The notes below the pieces were generated by a model. That model saw nothing but the letters and a program-made list of their open reading frames with translations, had not been told where the DNA came from and did no database searches. Below are positions 15,909 through 23,438 of a stretch of 45,865 nt of DNA, in pieces. The position numbers and the translations under genes are program-made. The stretch is from Thermoplasmata archaeon (GTDB lineage Archaea; Thermoplasmatota; Thermoplasmata; Lutacidiplasmatales; UBA184): NCBI GenBank assembly GCA_030037265.1, contig JASHRQ010000144.1, positions 1-45,865 on the forward strand, given 5' to 3'. How positions within the stretch are numbered: the first letter of the stretch is position 1; each line of letters begins with the position of its first letter.

Positions 15909-16202
15909 ATGGGCGCCGGGTCGAGCGCGGCGGGGAGCGGCGTCATCGTCGGGATCTGCATCGTCCTCCTCGCGCAGCAGCTGGGGATCCTCGACCTCAG
16001 CTCGGTCCTGACGGGGCTCATCTATCTCATCGTCTTCGCCGTCGTCTTCGGAATCTTCTTCGGGATCATCGGCTCCGCGCTCGGCCGGCGCTACCTGCGC
16101 CAGCACTCCGGCCTCTCGGAGTGGAAGGGCACGGCCGCCTCGGCGGCCGCGGCGAAGGCGGGGGCCGCCTCCGGCGAGGAAGAGCCGACCCAGTCGAACT
16201 GA
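15909..16202 (+). CDS. Small two-TM membrane protein
   Basis: 97 aa. The ATG lies 1 nt after the upstream TGA (GTGAGATG). TM segments 'VIVGICIVLLAQQLGIL' and 'LIYLIVFAVVFGIFFGIIGSALG'. Ala-rich acidic tail. Confidence 0.6.
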   Translation: MGAGSSAAGSGVIVGICIVLLAQQLGILDLSSVLTGLIYLIVFAVVFGIFFGIIGSALGRRYLRQHSGLSEWKGTAASAAAAKAGAASGEEEPTQSN

Positions 16203-16222
16203 AGGGCCGGCCCGGGTCCCGC

Positions 16223-16780
16223 TCAGGCCGGCGGCTCCGGCCGGTCGAAGTCCGGGTGGTACGACCGCACCCGGCGGGAGAGCTCCTCGAGGAACGCGGA
16301 CGGGTCCTTCGGGGAGATGAACAGCGGCACGCCGGTGCCGCCGGTCACGAGGATCCCCTCCGAGACGGTGTGCACGGTGTCGAACGAGCCGATCCGGGGG
16401 CTCCACATCCGTCCCCGCCAGCCCCAGCTGCCGACCAGGCCCACGGGGGCCAGGTCGCGCAGGCTGATCGGCTCCGCCTGCCGGATCTCGGTGAGGTCGA
16501 TGCGCCGGCTCCCGAACAGCCGGCCGGCGACGAGACGACGGGCGTCGAGCCGGTAGTGGGTCGAGAGGTACCGCGCGAGGTAGATCGCGAGGGCCGCGAT
16601 GAGCAGCTCCGAGAGCCACGCCTCGTGCGGCCGGAGGGTGCCGAGGTAGGTGAGGAGGAGCGCGAGCGCCGCATAGAACCCGATCACGCCGTACGACCAG
16701 CGGGCGCCCATGCGCCACGCGGGCGGGAGCGCCGCGGCCCCGACCGGCGCGCTGGCGGCGTTCACCGCTCTTCCCTCCAT
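16223..16780 (-). CDS. Membrane protein with bacterial-type PH (bPH) domain
   Basis: 185 aa. Two N-terminal TM helices, then 'YRLDARRLVAGRLFGSRRIDLTEIRQAE...GSWGWRGRMWSPRIGSFDTVHTVSEGILV', a pattern I associate with bPH/YdbT-like domains. Family call by eye. Confidence 0.6.
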   Translation of the reverse strand: MEGRAVNAASAPVGAAALPPAWRMGARWSYGVIGFYAALALLLTYLGTLRPHEAWLSELLIAALAIYLARYLSTHYRLDARRLVAGRLFGSRRIDLTEIRQAEPISLRDLAPVGLVGSWGWRGRMWSPRIGSFDTVHTVSEGILVTGGTGVPLFISPKDPSAFLEELSRRVRSYHPDFDRPEPPA

Positions 16781-16849
16781 CGGCCCACCCGACCCCCGCG
16801 CCGTCCGCGGACCCTCCGGGCCGTCGCGGCCCGGGGGCTCGCGCGGGAC

Positions 16850-18631
16850 TCACGCCGCGGGCTCGTAGTAATACTCCCCCTGGGCGCGCTGCTCGCGGTC
16901 GAGCACCGAGTTCTCCTGGTTGATGCGGGGCCGGAGCGTCTCCGGGTCGCGGCGGAACGTGATCTCGACGCCGCGCAGGAGCCGATTCATCCCCTCGCGC
17001 ATCGTGAACGGGCCCTCGCCCCGCCCCCCGGGGACGCCGTCGGACGGGTTCGGCTGGAACACCATGAGCCCGTCGCACGCGAGGTCGAGGAAATAGACGT
17101 CGTGGTCGGCGACGAGCGCCGTCGCCCCCTCCCGCTCGACGCGCCGCCGGACCAGCCGCGCCATCGCCATCCGCTCGTCCGAGTCGAGGTACGCGGACGG
17201 CTCGTCCAGGAGATACAGCGTCGACCGCCGGGCGAGCGCGAGGGCAACGGCCGCCCGCTGGAGCTCCCCCCCGGACAGGTCCGGGAGCGCGACGTCGAGC
17301 ACCCCGTCGAGTCGGAGCGCGGGCACGAGCTCGCGCTCGAGCGCGGCGGCGTCGAAGCCCGGGTCGTTCGCGAGCCGGGTGATCCGGTCGCGGAGGCTCG
17401 CCGGCTGCGTCGCGTGGAGGTACTGGGGCTTGTAGCTCACGGTGACCCCCTCGGGCGGCGTCCCGGCCGTCGGGGGCTCGGCCCCGGCGAGCATCTTCAC
17501 GAACGTCGTCTTCCCGGTGGCGTTCGGTCCCACGACCCCGACGGTCTCGCCCTTCGTGAGCGCGCCGCCCCCGACGCGGAGACGGAACGAGGGGAACTGC
17601 TTCTCGAGCGGCCCGAAGACGACGCGGGACGCGCGGAGCGCGGCCGGCTTCGGGGGATGGGCGGTGAACTGCACCGGCGTCTCCCGGAACCGGATGTTCT
17701 CGTCGCGGAGGTACCCCGTGAGGTAGGTGTTGACCGCCGAGCGCATCGGCATCGGGTGCGACACGACGCCGAACGCGGCCTCCTCCCCGTAGAACAGGTG
17801 CGCCTTCTCGGCGAGGTAGTCCAGCAGCGCGAGGTCGTGCTCGACCACGATGACGCCGTGCTCGGTGCCGAGCCGGTGGAGCACCCGCGCGATCTCGAGC
17901 CGGTGGACGATGTCGAGGTAGCTCGACGGCTCGTCGAACAGGTACAGGTCCGCCTCGGCCGCGAGGGTCCGCGCGATCGCGGCCAGCTGGAGCTCGCCAC
18001 CCGAGAGGCTCGGCATCGGGTCGTCGGCGCGGCTCGCGAGCCCCACCGCCTCGAGCGCCGTCCGCGGGCGCGCGCCGGTCCCTCCCACGTACTCGGCCAC
18101 GGTGACCCGCTCGTCGGAGAGCCGGTCGATGTACTGCGGCTTCACCGCCGTCCGGAGCTCGCCGCGGGCGAGCCGCTGGAAGTGGGCCTGGAGCGCCGTG
18201 CCGCGGTACTTCGCGGCCGCCCGCTCCCAGCTCGCCGGCGCGTCGTAGTTCCCCAGGTTCGGCACCTCGAGACCGGCGAGGATGCGGGCGGCCGTCGACT
18301 TGCCGGTGCCGTTGGGCCCCAGGATGCCGACGATCCCCCGGGTGGGCGGGACCGGGAGCCGGTACAGCCGGAACCCGTTGTAGCCGTACCGGTGGACGAT
18401 CTCCGACTCGCTCGCCTGGGGGGTGTTCAGGATCTTGATCGCGTCGAACGGGCACTTGTGGATGCAGATGCCGCACCCGATGCACAACGTCTCGGAGATC
18501 ACCGGCTTGCCCGTCGGCCCCTCGACGATGCACTCCTGGCCCATCCGGACGACCGGGCAGTACGCCTGGCACTCCCACTGGCACTCCTTCGGGTGGCACC
18601 GGTCGTCGAGCAGGATCGCGATGCGGCCCAT
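16850..18631 (-). CDS. abcE1: ABCE1 / RNase L inhibitor-type ribosome recycling ATPase
   Basis: 593 aa. N-terminal FeS domain 'CHPKECQWECQAYCP' plus 'CIGCGICIHKCP'. Two NBDs ('GPNGTGKST', 'GPNATGKTT'; 'LSGGELQ' twice; 'LYLFDEPSSYLD', 'LYLLDEPSAYLD'). This family is found only in archaea and eukaryotes. Confidence 0.95.
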   Translation of the reverse strand: MGRIAILLDDRCHPKECQWECQAYCPVVRMGQECIVEGPTGKPVISETLCIGCGICIHKCPFDAIKILNTPQASESEIVHRYGYNGFRLYRLPVPPTRGIVGILGPNGTGKSTAARILAGLEVPNLGNYDAPASWERAAAKYRGTALQAHFQRLARGELRTAVKPQYIDRLSDERVTVAEYVGGTGARPRTALEAVGLASRADDPMPSLSGGELQLAAIARTLAAEADLYLFDEPSSYLDIVHRLEIARVLHRLGTEHGVIVVEHDLALLDYLAEKAHLFYGEEAAFGVVSHPMPMRSAVNTYLTGYLRDENIRFRETPVQFTAHPPKPAALRASRVVFGPLEKQFPSFRLRVGGGALTKGETVGVVGPNATGKTTFVKMLAGAEPPTAGTPPEGVTVSYKPQYLHATQPASLRDRITRLANDPGFDAAALERELVPALRLDGVLDVALPDLSGGELQRAAVALALARRSTLYLLDEPSAYLDSDERMAMARLVRRRVEREGATALVADHDVYFLDLACDGLMVFQPNPSDGVPGGRGEGPFTMREGMNRLLRGVEITFRRDPETLRPRINQENSVLDREQRAQGEYYYEPAA

Positions 18632-18635
18632 CGGC

Positions 18636-19334
18636 TCACTCCCGGGGGCCCGCCGGCACGAGCCGGCCGTCGCGCATCGCGACGTGGCGGTCGGCCCGGC
18701 GGCTGACCAGCGGGTTGTGGGTCACCACGACCACCGCGGCGCCGCTCCTTCGGTGCGCCTCCTCGATGAGGTCCATCACCTGCGACGCGCGCGCGCTGTC
18801 GAGCTCGCCGGTCGGCTCGTCGGCGAGGAGGAGCGGCGGGCGGTTGGCCAGCGCGCGGGCGATCGCCACGCGCTGCTCCTCGCCCCCCGACAGCTGGTGC
18901 GGGAACGCCGCAGACCGGCCCTCCACGCCGACGCGCGCCAGGAGGTCCCGGGCGCGGTCGGTCCGTTCCGACGCCGGCACGCCGGCCGCGCGCATCGGGA
19001 GCGCGACGTTCTCGAGCGCCGTCAACGTGGGGAGGAGGTAGAACCGTTGAAAGATGAAACCGATGCCGTGGAGCCGCAGCCGGGTCCGCTCGCGCTCGGG
19101 GAGCCCCGGCACCGGCCGCCCCTGCCAGCGGAGCTCCCCCGAGGACGGGAGGTCGAGGAGGCCGAGCAGGTTGAGGAGGGTCGTCTTGCCGGAGCCGGAC
19201 GGGCCCTCGACGGACAGGTAATCCCCGGGGCGGACCGCGAGCGTCACCCCGTCGAGCGCGCGCACCTCGTCCGGGGCGCCGGCGTGGAACACCCGCCGCG
19301 CCTCGACGAGCTCGACCGTCGCGCCGTCGTTCAC
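18636..19334 (-). CDS. ABC transporter ATP-binding protein (MacB/LolD-type)
   Basis: 232 aa. 'GPSGSGKTTLLN', 'FQRFYLLPTLTALENV', 'LSGGEEQRVAIARAL', 'LLLADEPTGELD'. The GTG start overlaps the permease stop (GTGA). Ends 4 nt before the ABCE1 start. Confidence 0.9.
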   Translation of the reverse strand: MNDGATVELVEARRVFHAGAPDEVRALDGVTLAVRPGDYLSVEGPSGSGKTTLLNLLGLLDLPSSGELRWQGRPVPGLPERERTRLRLHGIGFIFQRFYLLPTLTALENVALPMRAAGVPASERTDRARDLLARVGVEGRSAAFPHQLSGGEEQRVAIARALANRPPLLLADEPTGELDSARASQVMDLIEEAHRRSGAAVVVVTHNPLVSRRADRHVAMRDGRLVPAGPRE

Positions 19335-20599
19335 CGGAGCGCCTCCGGGATCGACAGCGCGAGCGCGCGCCGGGTGGGCAGCAGGGCCGCGACGAGCCCC
19401 AGGACCCCGAGGGCGACCGCGAGCAGCCCGAGCGTCACCGGGTCGAACACCGCGTCCCGCGCGATCGCCGCGACGGACGACGAACCGTACCGCGCGAGCA
19501 GCACCACGACGAGGATCCCGCCGCTCATCCCCGCGACGAGGCCGGCCCCGGTGAGCGCGAGGGCCTCCGCGGCGATGCCGCGGCCGATCATCCAGCCCGA
19601 GACGCCGATCGCGCGGCGGATGCCGATCGACCGCCGGTCCTGCTCCACGCGGCGGAAGAGGATGATCGTGAGGAAGATGAACCCGACGATGAGCCCGACG
19701 GAGGAGAGCCCCAGGTAAAACCCGGTGAGCACCGCGGCCGCCGAGGCGAGGGAGGCCGCGGTTTGGGTCTGCGAGCTCACCGAGTAGTACGGCACGAGCG
19801 GCTCGATCTCGTGCGCGATCCGGGCGATCGCCGACGGGTCCGCCGCGAGGGAGGCGTTCACCGACACCTGGATCGTGTCCGCCGAATCGAGCAGCTGGCC
19901 GGACGGGCCGAGGGCGTACCCGGTGAGGGTCTGCAGGTCGGAGAGCGGCACGAGCACGACGTACAGGGCGGACGGGCCGAGCAGCGACGGGGGGAGGCCG
20001 AACGTCCCCTCGACCGTGAACCCGACCCCGGCCGACGCGTTCGCCGTCGGCGCGAGCGTGGCCATCGAGCCGTTCGCGATTCCGAGCGTTCCCGCGAGGG
20101 CGGTCGAGAGCAGGAGCTCCCGGCTCTCCGGACCGGTGTAGCTCCCGTTGGCGTAGTGCACGGTGTCGGCGGGGTCGCCGAGCGCGATCGAGCTCGGGAG
20201 CAGGGACCGGTCCGCGGCGCTCTGGGTCGCGAGGAAGGCGTCGGGCACGATCCCCTCCGCGAGCACCGGCGTCGCGCCCTGGCCGGGCGCGAACAGGTCG
20301 ACCGCTACGCTGAGGATCGGCGAGGCCGCGGCGACCCCGGCGATCCGGTCGATCTCGGCGCTGAGCGCGTGGGCGTCCGAGATGCCGTGGTCCGCCGTCG
20401 TCGTGATCGAGATCTCGAAGCCGGACTGACGGATCGTCGCGAGCTCGTGCTGGAACACGCCCCCGCCGACGGAGAGCAGGACGACGGGGAGCGCCACGGC
20501 CGCCCCGACGGCCGCGACCGCGAGGATCGTCTGGGCGGTCCGGTGCCGGAGGTCGCGGAACCGACGGCCCCAGCGCGGCGCACGGGGGGTCGGCCTCAT
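19331..20599 (-). CDS. FtsX/MacB-type ABC permease
   Basis: 422 aa from the internal ATG 'MRPTPRAPRW...' of track ORF 19331..21625 (ATGA overlap with the upstream permease stop). One N-terminal TM, a large sequon-bearing extracytoplasmic domain, three C-terminal TMs and 'RRSIGIRRAIGVSG'. Confidence 0.8.
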   Translation of the reverse strand: MRPTPRAPRWGRRFRDLRHRTAQTILAVAAVGAAVALPVVLLSVGGGVFQHELATIRQSGFEISITTTADHGISDAHALSAEIDRIAGVAAASPILSVAVDLFAPGQGATPVLAEGIVPDAFLATQSAADRSLLPSSIALGDPADTVHYANGSYTGPESRELLLSTALAGTLGIANGSMATLAPTANASAGVGFTVEGTFGLPPSLLGPSALYVVLVPLSDLQTLTGYALGPSGQLLDSADTIQVSVNASLAADPSAIARIAHEIEPLVPYYSVSSQTQTAASLASAAAVLTGFYLGLSSVGLIVGFIFLTIILFRRVEQDRRSIGIRRAIGVSGWMIGRGIAAEALALTGAGLVAGMSGGILVVVLLARYGSSSVAAIARDAVFDPVTLGLLAVALGVLGLVAALLPTRRALALSIPEALR

Positions 20600-21915
20600 G
20601 CGGCTCGGAGCTCCTCGGCGATCGGGAGGCGGAGCGCCCGGGCGAGCGGCAGGAGGGCGGCGACGAGCCCGATGGCGAGCACCTCGAGGACCCCGAGGAG
20701 GAGGACCGTCGGGGTGAAGCTGACGAACGAAAACCCGGCCGGTAGCCCGGCGACCTCCCGGGCGAGGAACAGGTTGAGGAGGTACGCCCCGGCGAGCCCG
20801 AACGGCAGTCCGACGAGGAGGCCGAGCGCGGAGAGGCAGAGGCCCTCCTCGACGACCTGCCCGCCGACGTACGCGCGGGAGAACCCGACGACCCGCAGGA
20901 GCGCCAGCTCCCGCGTCCGGTCCTCGACGCTCATCAGGAGGACCGTCGCGGTGAACAGCGTCGCCACGAGGACGCCCACGAGCCCGACGAGGACGCCGAA
21001 CGTCCGGTAGAGGTTCACGACCTGCTGGACCGCTCCCAGCACGTCCCCGAGGGTGATGAACGTCATCGATGGGAACGCGGCGGCGAGCACGGTCTGGTCC
21101 TGCCCCGGGTGGGTCGAGTCGGTGAGGTGGATGAGTACCAGCGAGGCGTAGTCGGCGGACGCGTTCGCTCCGCCGACCACCGACTGGAGCTCCGACAGGT
21201 AGAACATGCCGAGCAGCGCCGAGGGGAGGAACCAGAACGGTCCGCTCACGCCGACGACGCGGTACGACACCGCGCCGGCGAACCAGCCCGACAGCTGGGA
21301 CGGGCCGGACGGCGACTGGAGGCTCACCCACACCGTGCTGTTCGGGGTGAGTCCGATCGCCTGGGCGAGCGCGCTGTCGACGACGACCTCGTCCGTGCGC
21401 GGCCCGTCGTACGTGCCGTTCGCGTAGTGCGGGTCGCCGGGCGCCGACAGGCTCGTCCCGTTGAGGATCGTCGGCACCTCGATCCCGCCGTTGTCGTCCG
21501 GTATCCAGCCGATGGAGGTGGCGTCGGCCGGGGCCCACCCGGCCGGGACCGCGCTGCCGTTGGCCGAGGCGTTGACGGCCCGGTACAGCGACGCGTTCGC
21601 GAACACCAGCGACGAGACCAGCCACGGGCTCGCGCTCGCGACGTTCGGGTCGGCCCGCTCGAGCGCGGTGGGGAGGGCATGGGCGCCGGACACCGGAGGG
21701 AACTCGAGCCCGGAGCTCGCGTTCGAGAGGGAGGTGTCGGCGCTCGTCCCGAGCAGGTCCACGCCGCTCTGCGTGGCGAGGCGGAAGGCGCTGGCCTGGA
21801 TGCCGGCGGACACCGCGAGCAGGATGAGCACGAGCGCGGTCGCGAGGCCGATCCCGAGCGACGTGAGGGCGGTGCGGCCCGGGCGGCGTCGAAGCGCGTC
21901 GAGCGCGTAGCGCAT
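20596..21915 (-). CDS. FtsX/MacB-type ABC permease
   Basis: 439 aa with the same architecture: 'RTRELALLRVVGFSR', C-terminal TMs, and about 8 N-x-S/T sequons in the external domain. Confidence 0.8.
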   Translation of the reverse strand: MRYALDALRRRPGRTALTSLGIGLATALVLILLAVSAGIQASAFRLATQSGVDLLGTSADTSLSNASSGLEFPPVSGAHALPTALERADPNVASASPWLVSSLVFANASLYRAVNASANGSAVPAGWAPADATSIGWIPDDNGGIEVPTILNGTSLSAPGDPHYANGTYDGPRTDEVVVDSALAQAIGLTPNSTVWVSLQSPSGPSQLSGWFAGAVSYRVVGVSGPFWFLPSALLGMFYLSELQSVVGGANASADYASLVLIHLTDSTHPGQDQTVLAAAFPSMTFITLGDVLGAVQQVVNLYRTFGVLVGLVGVLVATLFTATVLLMSVEDRTRELALLRVVGFSRAYVGGQVVEEGLCLSALGLLVGLPFGLAGAYLLNLFLAREVAGLPAGFSFVSFTPTVLLLGVLEVLAIGLVAALLPLARALRLPIAEELRAA

Positions 21916-21934
21916 GGGGGGCTTCCCTCCCGCG

Positions 21935-22846
21935 TCACTCGGCGGCGATGCGCCGGATCTCGCCGAGGGTCGCCCGGTGCTCCGCCACCACGTCGTACTT
22001 GTGGATCGACTCCTCGCTCACCGTCCGCGCGCGCGCGACCGTCGAGTCCGGGAGCTCGGGGAAGGCGGACGCCACCTGGTGGAGGAGGTCGCGGAGCACG
22101 TCCTCCACGAACCGCGGGCGGCGGTGGGCGGCGATCACCATCCGCGCCTCGTCCCCGCGCTTCAGGATCGCGTACGTCGGGCTCGACTGCGCGGCCTCGA
22201 TGACCGCCAGGATCCGGTCCACCTCGACCTCGTGCCCCTCGCCGAGGTCGAACTGGAGCCGGGTGCGGTTGCGCTGGTTGTGCGTGACCATCGGGAGGTC
22301 GCGGAGCGCCGGGTCCCGGAGGAGCGGGAACTCCTCCGACAGCGCGTCGCGCGCCGTCTCCATCGCGCACGGGCACGCGGTCATCCCCACCGCCTCGCCT
22401 CCGATCGACTCCGTCGTCGAGACCGACCCCGCGGGGCTCGAGCGCGTGCAGACCGCGTCGGCCAGGATGCGATAGTCCTCGAGGCTCATGCGCTCCGGAG
22501 CGATGCCGCGACGCAGGAAATACTCCGCCTCCGCCCGGACCGTCGCCGTCGTGGCGTACTCGTGCCGGGCGAGGAGCTCCCGGGCGATCCCAACGCACGC
22601 CGCCTCGAGGCTCGGCACGGGTCGGGTCACCGTCGCGTCGACGACCTCGGCCAGGACGATCGCGCTCCGCGACAGGTCCGACCCTTTCCGCGTGGGCGGA
22701 AGGTCGACGGCAATGTCGAAGGACGCCGCCAACGTGACGGCCCGCTCCGGACGCCGGACCGCGATCGGCTTGCGGACCCCCGAGATTCCGACCTGGTGCA
22801 GGTCGAACCGGGCGACGGACGGAACGAGGGCGTGGACGTCTCTCAC
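21935..22846 (-). CDS. mptA: GTP cyclohydrolase MptA/FolE2 type
   Basis: 303 aa (GTG start). 'FDLHQVGISGVRKPI', 'LPPTRKGSDLSRS', 'GMTACPCAME', 'VTHNQRNRT', 'SEESIHKYDV'. Family recognised by eye. Confidence 0.8.
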   Translation of the reverse strand: MRDVHALVPSVARFDLHQVGISGVRKPIAVRRPERAVTLAASFDIAVDLPPTRKGSDLSRSAIVLAEVVDATVTRPVPSLEAACVGIARELLARHEYATTATVRAEAEYFLRRGIAPERMSLEDYRILADAVCTRSSPAGSVSTTESIGGEAVGMTACPCAMETARDALSEEFPLLRDPALRDLPMVTHNQRNRTRLQFDLGEGHEVEVDRILAVIEAAQSSPTYAILKRGDEARMVIAAHRRPRFVEDVLRDLLHQVASAFPELPDSTVARARTVSEESIHKYDVVAEHRATLGEIRRIAAE

Positions 22847-22869
22847 GGTGCGCGCGGTATCCGGAACGA

Positions 22870-22877
22870 GATTAAAG
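22870..22877 (-). promoter_or_regulatory. TATA-like box, leaderless spacing to the mptA start
   Basis: Minus-strand 'CTTTAATC' centred about 27 nt upstream of the start codon at 22846. Confidence 0.45.
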
Positions 22878-22977
22878 TGGTTCCATCGAGCGGAGCGACT
22901 CCGGGTGCAGCCGGAGGGTCCGACGGGCCGGCCGGCGGGACGGCCGGCGGGGCCGCTGGCGCCCGGGTATCGAGCGT

Positions 22978-22985
22978 CTTATACC
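22978..22985 (+). promoter_or_regulatory. TATA-like box, leaderless spacing to ATG 23008
   Basis: 'CTTATACC' centred about 26 nt upstream of the DUF59 gene ATG. Confidence 0.45.
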
Positions 22986-23007
22986 CCGGCACGGACTGTT
23001 CGGGTCG

Positions 23008-23421
23008 ATGGCCGACGCGACCCCCGCCGCTCCCCCGGGCTCGGCACCGTCCGCCGCGGGCGGACCGACCGGTCCCAAGGTGGGCCCGGCGTCCGCCTGG
23101 GACGCCGCGAACCCGCACGCTCCGCTGGAGCAGAAGATACTCCAGAACCTGAAGAAGGTCTACGACCCCGAGATCCCGATGAATATCGTCGACCTCGGGC
23201 TCATCTACGAGCTCCACTGGACCGACGACTCGACGGTCAAGATCACGATGACGCTCACCGCGCCGGGCTGCCCGGTCGCGGGGATCCTCGCGGAAGAGGT
23301 CAAGGCCGCCGCCCAGGCCGCCGGCGGGATCAAGGAGGCGATCGTCGACCTGATCTGGGAGCCTCCCTGGACGCCGGACCGCATGTCCGACCTCGCGAAG
23401 CGGACCTTCGGCTACCTCTGA
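23008..23421 (+). CDS. DUF59 / MIP18-family Fe-S assembly protein (SufT/PaaD-like)
   Basis: 137 aa. A low-complexity N-terminal 40 aa, then 'LKKVYDPEIPMNIVDLGLIY' and 'ITMTLTAPGCPVAG'. Confidence 0.85.
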   Translation: MADATPAAPPGSAPSAAGGPTGPKVGPASAWDAANPHAPLEQKILQNLKKVYDPEIPMNIVDLGLIYELHWTDDSTVKITMTLTAPGCPVAGILAEEVKAAAQAAGGIKEAIVDLIWEPPWTPDRMSDLAKRTFGYL

Positions 23422-23438
23422 GCCTCCGCCCGGTGGGC

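Noticed and set aside
15768-18706. 943-aa (-) and 861-aa (+) ORFs covering the ABCE1 locus (15768..18599 and 16121..18706).
   Set aside because: Both are Arg/Pro/Gly-rich shadows in alternative frames or antisense to ABCE1, which has unmistakable FeS and twin-NBD motifs.
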